Assembly: GCA_951406725.2 (NCBI GenBank)
Contig: OX597822.1
Location: 93,372,001 to 93,436,000 of the forward strand
Length of the DNA stretch: 64,000 nt
DNA from: Octopus vulgaris
Taxonomy: Eukaryota
Direction of reading: 5' to 3'
This document shows positions 53,126-64,000 of the stretch, piece after piece (the first letter of the stretch is position 1; every line of letters begins with the position of its first letter). The notes beneath the pieces were generated by a model. It was not told where the DNA came from. It searched no databases and worked only from the letters and a program-made list of their open reading frames with translations. A program made the translations under genes and the position numbers.

Positions 53126-54417
53126 CGAGGGGCGTTCAATAAGTAATGCCCCTGACCCACTTTCCATAGCAGTAGAGCAACGAAACTTGGCACAGTTATT
53201 AGTCTTTTTCTGCATAGGAACCACCCAGAGTTATGCATTTCTCCCCTCGTTTGATGCAGCTCTGGAGACCGTTTTTGTAGAAGACCCCAGCTTGGTCCTC
53301 CAACCACGACGTGACTTCAGAAATCAAGGCTGCATCATCTGGGAAACGCTTTCCTTTCAAAAACAACTTCATGGCAGGGGAGAGGTGAAAATCAGAGGGT
53401 GCAAGGTCAGGAGAGTAGGGGGGATGGGGGAGGAGTTCATAGCCACACGCTTGTGCTTCTGATCTGGCGACACGCGAGTTGTGGACCGGAGCGTTGTCCT
53501 GCAGGAGGAGGATGCCTTTACTGATCTTGCCCCGCCTCTTGATTTTGATAGCTTCTCTTAATTTCCTCAAAAGTGAAGCATAATAGGCTCCTGTAATTGT
53601 GGTACCCTTTGCCAGGAAATCTGTCATCACTACTCCGTCCTGGTCCCAGAAGACTGTGAGCATGACCCTGCCAGCGGAGGGCTGCACCCTTGCCTTCTTT
53701 GGAGGAGGTGAGTCACGGTGCTTCCACTGCATTGACTGGGCTTTGGTCTTTGGATCATGGTGATGGACCCAGGTTTCATCCTGTGTAATCAGTCTTTTGA
53801 AAAAATTTGACTCATCTTCTTGGCACATCTCCAAATTCATCCTCGAGCACTTGACGCGTTCTTGCTTCTGGAAAGGTGTGAGCAACCTGGGAATCCATCT
53901 GGCAGACACCTTTTGCATATGCAAATGGTCATGAATGATAGTTTCCACAGACTCGGTACTAATCTTGACCTCATGGGCTATTTGGCGAATAGTTATGCGT
54001 CGGTCTTCCAAAATGGCAGCCTCAACTTGACGGACAGATGCCTCATCAATGGCAGAAGGGGGCGACCACATCTGGGAGCTGTTTCCACAGAGTTCCGACC
54101 ATGTTTGAATTCACGATGCCAGCGTTTTACAAGGTCATATGATGGGGCATCATCACCATAAGTTACTTTCATTTCATCAAAAGTCTCCTGTGGTGTGCGT
54201 CCTTTCAAATACAAAAACCGGATCACTGCTTGACACTCAACAGGCTCCATTTCAGACTTGACTCAGTTTAAACACCTGTAAATCAGAAACCACAATTAGT
54301 TCAGAGCTGTAATTTGCTACTTCATCTATAGAGATATCAATACTTGCACATGCAAAATTTCAGCTAGATCAAATAACTGCAAGTGGGACAGGAGCATTAC
54401 TTATTGAACGTCCCTCG
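53126..54417 (-). mobile_element. Full-length mariner (DD34D-type) transposon; transposase split by one frameshift
   Basis: TA TSDs; TIRs cgaggggcgttcaataagtaatgc; WIPRLL, TQDETW, QDNAPVH, YSPDLAPSD in ORFs 53993-54250 and 53199-54071. Confidence 0.96.
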
Positions 54418-54581
54418 TATAGCCATTATGCAACCAAGAAAATCTGATTCACCAGTCTGTATTATTAAACAGTAGCCAGCATGATAAAATATGACCTTTA
54501 TTTTCAAACCCCTAACATTACCTAAGGGAATTTAAAAGATATATAAGTGTGTACATACATGCTCGAACATATATATATATA

Positions 54582-55686
<1,105 letters not shown>

Positions 55687-55893
55687 TACATGCGTACACA
55701 CAAACACATACTCGCGTGCGCACACACACATATTTCATTGTGTAAGTTTAGGAACTAATAATTATGTCAAAATCAAAATGAAGGACAGGAAGCACAGTGC
55801 TGAGTTAAGATATTTATTGACAGTAATCTGGCGAGTAATCCTAGCAGATTCCTGGCTATATAACAGAATAGGACACTACATAATATTTGTCAT

Positions 55894-55949
<56 letters not shown>

Positions 55950-56339
55950 CATTCACTCGCACGCACGTACACACACACGCACACACACACACACACATTT
56001 ACATATATATACTATACACGCACACACACACATACAAACACACACCAACAGATATACATACACAATATACACCTATCCGCGCACGCACACATACACATAA
56101 ACACATACAAACGCACACATACACGCACACACATACACGTACATACGTACACACTCACACAAATGAACCCACACATACATCCCTACACACACACACATAT
56201 ATGGGGGTGGTGTTTGTGTATGTTTGTTGGAGGTGTAAACTTATAGGAACTAAACGAAGTTCACCTTAATTCAACTTAATTGAAGTAAAACTCATAAATA
56301 GGTTCATGTATAAATATGATTAATTATAATTAATTCTGC

Positions 56340-58500
56340 GTTACGACATTCGCCCTTAATGAAGAAAGAAAAGAAACAAACAAATCACAGAATAAATAAG
56401 TTTTAATAAATACAACACGTCTTTATACGTATTTCCTCCACTGATGGCGATGACAAGTATTGCTTTCCCAATTGCGTTCAACGAGAGCTTTACACAATTC
56501 TTCAATTCTTTATACAGATGATTGCAACTTATTAGCTCATAAAGATATGCAAGTTCTCATGCAAGATTAATAGACTTGGCATTAGCCTGGACAAGACCGT
56601 TGCAATGTTCCAACCTGCGCAAGGAACCCCATATGTGAAGACATCAATCTTTGTTGAAGGAACAGTACTGAAAGTAGTAGGTAAGTGTTGTAGAAAACTA
56701 GTAATAATGGTACACTCCTCACACGTGACGAATGGCATAACCTTGTCAATATAAGTAGAGAGATGTACTGGTTAACGTAGTAGGCGGTCAGAGATAGTCG
56801 TGTCTTACTGGTTTTACTAAGTATACTGTAAACCGAAGTGGGCATTATAAAATCCAACATTAAAGGGATTATAACAGTGGCGGCGAGGATAAACCAATTC
56901 ACGTGGAGTTAATAGAATCTCGAAGAGGAGTTTTTACACAGGGATTAACAGCCGGAAAGAACTAGAATTCTCGCAAAACTGTGACAAAACTAGGATGTAA
57001 CCCTACAGTATGTGTCAGAAAAATGTGAAAGGATAGTAAAATTAAGACACGACACAAGAAATTGAACGTAAAGATTGTTTCCAAGTAAAGCCAGTGCGAA
57101 ATTGTCAGAACAGATAAAGTGGTTTCTAAAAAACACAACATAAATCAGGAAATAAACCCATGTTTTGCATATGAAGGTATATACTTGAGGAAAAAATAAC
57201 CCATTTAAAAAAGCGGAGTGATTTCGTTGTGGTAATACAGGACATATAAAGACGCACTGTGGAACTAAGATGACAAAACGCCAGAACAAAGAAAAAACAA
57301 TAAATAGTATGTCACCAGAGGAAACTGATAATATAATGATGAGGAGATTCATGAAGGTGAAAATCAGAAGCACAAGTATTAAAATGCTATTAGATACTAG
57401 TAGAGATATCACAATTATAAAGGAAAAAAAACTCGGAAATATATCGGCAAGCCGAAATTAAGTAAATCTAAAAAGGTAGCACATGGTGTTACGGGAATAA
57501 GATTATATTTTTTCGGTGAATCCATATGTAATGTAACATTTCGAGGTCAAACGAAAAAGGTGAAGATATATGTGTTAAAAAGTTCACTTAATTTATTCGG
57601 CACAGAATTGATGGAACTATTCAAAGTGTGGAATACGCCCATAAATGTTTTGTATGAAAGTATAGTCGGTTCACTCAAAGGTCCAAATACGGCTGAGAGA
57701 CTGAAACAAAAAAATTGTAGTAAAACAGAGTGGAACACCTGTATGTAAGCCAAAACGAAATGAAAAATTGCCCACGATAAAAAGTAAACATTGTTCAAAA
57801 AGATGTTTTGTCGTCGAGATTATTCATCGATTTCGCCGGTCCTGTAAACGGTTCATACTACTTAGTGGTAGGTGACAGTTTCTCGAAATGACCTGAAATT
57901 TGCAAGTGTGAAAAACCAACCTCCACAACTGTGATAAATGTTTTACACGAATTGTTTGCAAGATTTGGCATCTCAGACAAAATAGTGTCTACACAATTTT
58001 GTGTAGCGAATTTTAAAAATTTTGTGAAACGTTCGCGGTAGAACATATGACTACGGCGCCATACTATTCCAGATCTAATGGACAAGCAGAACGCTTTGTC
58101 GATACCTTCAAAAGAGTCCTTAGAAAATCGAATAAGGAAGTCACGGATGAGGTAGCTCTACAACAATTTTTAAGAGTGTACCGTGTGACACCAAATCCGA
58201 ATACACCAGCAGGTATCTCACCAGCGGAGCTGATGTTTGCAAGGAAAGTAAAATCAGTCTTTGATAGATTGCTACCGAGCAAGAAAAGAAAAAGTGCCAG
58301 GAAAAACATTACAAAATATTTTAAAGTTGGTGAAAAGGTGTGTATGAGGGCATACAAGAATGGAAAGCAGAGTTGGGAAGATGGCGTAATTACCAAATCC
58401 ATAGGTAAAATGATGTATTGGGTAGAAAAAGCATACAAAAGAGACACAGGAACCAACTGAAAAAGAGATTCGTGGAAAGCGAACCAAAGAAGTTGGACGA
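56340..58500 (+). mobile_element. Decayed, internally deleted Gypsy (probable LTR end and PBS, gag knuckle, protease, integrase; RT missing)
   Basis: ataaCA-g-TGGcggcgagg at 56871-56888; MLLDTSRDIT; IDFAGPVNGSYYLVV; PYYSRSNGQAERFVDTFK. 5' boundary uncertain. Confidence 0.82.
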
Positions 58501-58544
58501 ACCGACTGTTTCGTCGGTGCTTTGAAGTTAGCGAAAATACAAAT

Positions 58545-59470
58545 CTAACCCTTCATGAGTTTTGGAAGGAGCACTATAACATTGTTAACTACCTGAAAAT
58601 TATCGATATGGCCTGGCAGGGTGCAACGAGGAGAACGCTGTATTCTGCATGGGGGAAGCTGAGACCTGACTGCGTACCCCAAAGAGACTTTGCGGAGTTT
58701 GAGTCTGAGACACCTGTAGTCGCGAAGATGGTGTCTCTTGGCCAGTCCATGGGCCTCGAGGTTGACGATGGTGACATTAACGATTACATCGAGGAATACT
58801 CAAAGAAGCTGATGACAGATGAACTCCTGCAGCTTCAAGAGTAGCAACATTTGGATGCGGTGGAAGAGATTGTTTCCCCGGAGGAGGACAGTGTAGCGGA
58901 GAAGGCTATCTCTATGAGTGACATAAAGGCAGTAGTGACAAAGTGGTAGTATGTTTCTGAATTTGGAGAAAAAATATCACCCTGAAAAGTATCTACAGGT
59001 CGTGCAGCTTTTTTGTAATTTAATGACACTACTCTGGTGCATTTTCTTAACATTCTGAAAGGCAGAAAAAAAGCAGTCTTCTCTTGATATGTTTCTAATG
59101 AAACGACCTGCAAGTGTGAGAAGTGAAGAAAGTGTGTCCAAAAAGCCTAAATTAAGTGAAATGAGAGAAAATGCCAGAAATTGTTCTTCCTGAAGTCTTA
59201 ATGGAAGGAGATTCTCCTTCCAAACAATAATCCTGCTTTTACCCGCTCCATCATCTTCCTCGCGCATAAATCGTCGCATTTTTTAGGTAATTGGGTTTCT
59301 GTTTCAAAACCCATAAAAAATGATTTGGGGATGTTTTATGTGGGGTTGGAACGAATTAATTATATTTTTAATTAATTTCAATGGGGGCAAATTGATTAGT
59401 GAAACGATTAATTCTTAAAACGAGCTCGGCCATGGAACGAATTAAACTGGTACGCGAGGTATTATCACTG
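58545..59470 (+). mobile_element. Tigger/pogo transposon 3' relic
   Basis: FWKEHYNIVNYLKIIDMAWQGATRRTLYSAWGKL; terminal ...cgaggt..cactg. Confidence 0.78.
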
Positions 59471-59736
59471 CACTGCCAAGTACTTCTTGCAACTTTTGTT
59501 ACACGATGTAATTCACGGTTCCTGGCAGCAACACTTGCTGGCAGCACCATTATTTAAACGGTAACCAGTCAACATTGGATAACAGGCTTATCAGACATCT
59601 TACTCAATGAAGTATTAACACACACACGCCCCCCCTCCACACACACACACACACATGTATGATATTGTGAACTGCTACAAGTACACAAAGTCAGAAACTT
59701 AAGTCACACAAGCGCATCTCCGTATGTCTGTGTATA

Positions 59737-59804
<68 letters not shown>

Positions 59805-59840
59805 TATATATGTATGTATGTATATGTATGTATGTATGTG

Positions 59841-59874
<34 letters not shown>

Positions 59875-60093
59875 TGTATGTATGTGCGTGTTTATATATA
59901 TATATACATACACACTCATACATACACACAAATACTTGCGTGTGTGTGTGTATATATATATGTATGTTTCCTTGTATGTGTGTGTGTATGTCTTATGTAT
60001 AGGTGTGTGTTTCCTGGTATATGTGTGTGTATGTATGTATGTATATATATATAAATATATATATATATACATACATACCTATACATGCATATA

Positions 60094-60131
<38 letters not shown>

Positions 60132-60697
60132 ATGGAGAGAGATGAGAGAGAGAGAGAAAGAGAGAGGGAGACAGAGATAGTGACTGAAAGAGAAGCAGAC
60201 AGATAGACAAACACAAATTATAAACATCGTATTACTGAAAGTTAAGAGTCATGTGAAAATGATTAAGAAATACATTGAAGCCAATGTTTTAAATAAATTT
60301 GTGTTCGATACATTAGACGAGCCATAGTTAAAGCGAAACCTTGGTCACAGACAATACTTTTAAAGAGCCGCACACACTAAAGTAACCACGCTTGATGCAT
60401 TTAATGTGAAAGTATGGTTTACTGAACTGGAATTTAGTGGAGAGATGTTAGTTTGAGCAGAAATGAAGAGTGATATCATTATCGTTGGTTTCATTTAATA
60501 TGGCAACTGTGTTTGGTGTTATTCAGCCAAGCAGTTCAAAATAAAGACATCTATTTAGATGGCGCATTTCGTTATTTCATTTCACTATCGTTATGGCGTG
60601 ATGTAGAATAGTTTGCTCGTCGTATAAATTTTGTGATTCGTTTTCGATTCTCTGCTAACTCTGTTTCATTTTTACATCTGTCGCTAAATGATTATCT

Positions 60698-61305
60698 ATT
60701 TCTTTACTACCCACAAGGGGCTAAATACGGAGAGGAGAAACAAGGACAGACAAACGGATATTAAGTCGATTATATCGACCCCAGTGCGTAACTGGTACTT
60801 ATTTAATCGACCCCTGAAAGGATGAAAGGCAAAGTCGACCTCGGCGGAATTTGAACTCAGAACGTCACGGCAGACGAAATACCTATTTCTTTATTACCCA
60901 GAAGGGGCTAAACACAGAGAGAAGACAAATAAGGACAGACAAACGGATTAAGTCGATTATATCGACCCTAGTGCGTAACTGGTACTTATTTAATCGACCC
61001 CGAAAAGATGAAAGGCAAAGTCGACCTCGGCGGAATTTGAACTTAGAACGTAACGGCAGACGAAATACCTATTTCTTTATTACCCACAAGGGGCTAAACA
61101 CAGAGAGAAGACAAACAAGGACAGACAAACGGATTAAGTCGATTATATCGACCCTAGTGCGTAACTGGTACTTATTTAATCGACCCCGAAAGGATGAAAG
61201 GCAAAGTCGACCTCGGCGGATTTGAACTCAGAACGTAACGGCAGACGAAATACCACTAAGCATTCCGTCCAGTGTGCTAACGATTCTGCCAGCTCGCCGC
61301 CTTCA
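60698..61305 (-). mobile_element. SINE S1 with its 3' ~186 bp triplicated, flanked by a single 19-bp TSD
   Basis: TSD tgtcgctaaatgattatct at 60679-60697 and 61306-61324. Confidence 0.92.
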
Positions 61306-61904
61306 TGTCGCTAAATGATTATCTTTTAATCTTTCATCAGTCATTAGACTGTGGTCATGCTGGGGCACAAAAACATCTTTTTTTCTTTTATAGGAGCAGG
61401 TGTGGTAGTGTGAATAAGAAGCTTGTTTCCCAACCATCTAGTCTCATCCATTATTTTATATGTGTGCTTCGATAATATACTATTCTAAAAAATAATTATT
61501 TCATTAATGAATTTGTTTTGCAAGATTTCTTATATGAAATCGGGTGTTGAAACAGATATTGTGATATTTATGGATGGTCATTTTTATATTTTTATTGTTG
61601 CCAAATAATGAACTAAACAGAACAAGAGGAAACACGTGGATAGAAGAGTCGCTGAGGAGGTCACAGATATGTGACGAAAGATTTCCAGACAATGAACATA
61701 AGATAAAATAAGAACTACAATAAACGAGTGAAGAACGAATATATAGTGCGTGTGTTTATTTGGCAAGAAAAAATGACCACCACGAATTATTTCATGTTCC
61801 CTAGAAACGTTTATAAATTTTTTATGACGATAACAATATTTATACAGACGCACACACATACATACATACATACATACATACATACATACATACATACATG
61901 CATA

Positions 61905-62552
61905 CATTGGTGACTGCCCCCTCGTTATCGAGTATGGCCACTGCACGAAGCTTAATCAATGTTGTTATCGTCCAATGCCTGTGCAAGAAGATATTTTTTA
62001 AAGTGAAGAAAGGCTGTGCACTGAGTCAATCCCACTCACTAAGCAACAGCAGCCATAATCCGAAAAGAAGAACAAGTCAACATCATCGGTAACCACTGAG
62101 CCGCAGGTTTTATGTCGGAGTTATCCCAGTTACCTGAGTTGCCTTCTTCTAGAAGGATGCCCTAACAAAGGCTAGGAGTCCTTCACTCCCAATGGTTTAA
62201 CCGCGCGATCGGGTATTCAGTCCGATTATTTCTATGTCCCCGCGCATGATACACCCTTAAAACATTTATTAGATGGCCGTTGACTCTCAAGAGTTCCTCC
62301 GCCCTTTGACGGGTTTTGTTTTTCATCCCGCAGGGTGTCCAATAAACAATAAACAACCTCATCATCAAGCAAGCTTGGTCGGGTCGTCGGCGACTAAACA
62401 TACATACATACATACATACATACATACATACATACATACATACATACATACATACATACATACATACATACATACATACGTACGTTAGGGCATCCTTCTA
62501 GGAGAAGGTAACTCAGGTAACTGGGATAACTCCGATATAAAACCTGCGGCTC
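61905..62552 (-). mobile_element. Probable non-coding RTE-derived element with an inverted 69-bp internal copy beyond (CATA)n
   Basis: gggcatccttctag(g/a)agaagg(c/t)aactc resembles RTE 5'UTRs (from memory); 62098-62166 is inverted at 62484-62552. Confidence 0.55.
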
Positions 62553-62994
62553 ATATATACATACATACGTACATACATACATACATACGTACATACATAC
62601 ATACGTACGTACGTACGTACGTACGTACATACATACATAGATAGATACATACATACATACATAGATACATACATACATGCATACATAAAAGGAATTTGCA
62701 AATCCAGTGCTCAAGATACATTTTTAGCTTCATACGTATTAATATTATTGGGGCAACAGGATACATACCCACCCGACTGGAACAAAGTATGGCTGAACTT
62801 GGGATTTTGGGGAGAGAATGCAAATTCTTAATTCATATTTTACAAATGATCACGATATCGGGAACTATAAACATCAGCAAGACCTTCTTAAGTTTTAAAG
62901 GATCATGGTTAAAAGAAGATACTTCCCTCCACAACCTTGGTACCAAGTAGGTGGCTGGTCGAAGTTTACTCTAGAGCTAAAGAGATAGAGAAGA

Positions 62995-63261
62995 ACATAC
63001 ATACACACATACACATACATACATACATACATACATACATACATACATACATGCATACATACATACATACACATACACATACATACATACATACATACAT
63101 ACATACACATACACATACATACATACATACATACATACATACATACATACATACACACATACATACATACATACACATACATACACACATACATACATAC
63201 ATATATATACATGCATGCATACATACACATACATACATACACACATACACATACATACATG

Positions 63262-63293
<32 letters not shown>

Positions 63294-63380
63294 CATACAT
63301 ACATACACACATACACATACATACATACATACAAACATACATACACATATATACATGCATGCATACATACATGCGTGCAT
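62995..63380. repeat. (CATA)n/(CA)n compound microsatellite
   Basis: Direct reading. Confidence 0.97.
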
Positions 63381-63587
63381 GTAATGGTAGACCCTCATAG
63401 TCCGAGAAAGACGGTTCTGCAATTTCCGGCTGAACATCCTGCACAAATGATTTACAAACATACATACATACAGACAGACAGACAGACAGACATACACACA
63501 CGTGCGTGCGCGCACACACACAGGAACACCTCCACCGCCGTCGCAGCCACCCCACCATAACTACTACTACTACTTCTACTACTACTT

Positions 63588-63619
<32 letters not shown>

Positions 63620-63910
63620 GCTGCTGCTGCTACTGCTGCTTGCTACCGCCGCCGCCACTACCACCACAGAGTAATAAAATTTGCTTCAGATTAAAACATT
63701 TCTTCATTAGAATCCGATTAAAATTCCACTGAGATGAAAAATTCCACTTGTATTTATTGTGGAGGAGGGAGGCCAGGGTAACAACGTCTGGCAGGAACGG
63801 AACTTTGAATTACAGGCCAGCTGGAGCAGTAATAAAATATTGCTTCAATCAAACTAAAAACTTCATGTTGTACTGCAAACATGATTGTTGTTGTTGTTGT
63901 TGTTGTTGTT

Positions 63911-64000
63911 AGTGAAGGCGCGTCGCTTAGTGGTTAGGGTATCAGCTAACGATTGCAAAGTCGTAAGTTCAATTCCGGACAACGCGTTGTGTCATTGAGA
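63911..64000 (+). mobile_element. tRNA-SINE head (S3/S4-like), runs off the window
   Basis: agtgaaggcgcgtcgcttagtggttaggg...gttcaattcc. Confidence 0.7.

Noticed and set aside
53199-54250. SETMAR-like host gene
   Set aside because: No SET domain; bounded by mariner TIRs

Overview
AT-rich, microsatellite-saturated animal DNA with no recognisable host exon. The SINE families resemble those I recall from Octopus genomes (recognition only, not a search), and the stretch is probably intergenic or intronic. Almost all listed ORFs are (TA)n/(TG)n/(TATG)n translation artefacts. Real coding sequence is all transposon-derived: a young 5'-truncated CR1/L2-type LINE ORF (857 aa, open), RTE and RLE-type LINE fragments, two decayed Gypsy elements, a near-complete mariner, a DD37D/maT relic, a MULE with nested hAT and RTE inserts, and Tigger, hAT and Helitron relics, plus at least four tRNA-SINE families. 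The unexplained signal lies in short islands between the (TA)n tracts. (1) About a dozen mostly unrelated minimal type-I hammerhead-ribozyme motifs with palindromic stem III, often inside inverted duplications, as expected for Penelope-like termini or retrozymes. (2) A second multi-stem motif that I cannot assign to a known ribozyme class. It occurs in three diverged families, keeps its helices and junction sequences, and has the same position and polarity as the hammerheads, so it is a candidate novel structured or self-cleaving RNA. All folds were derived by eye and are untested.
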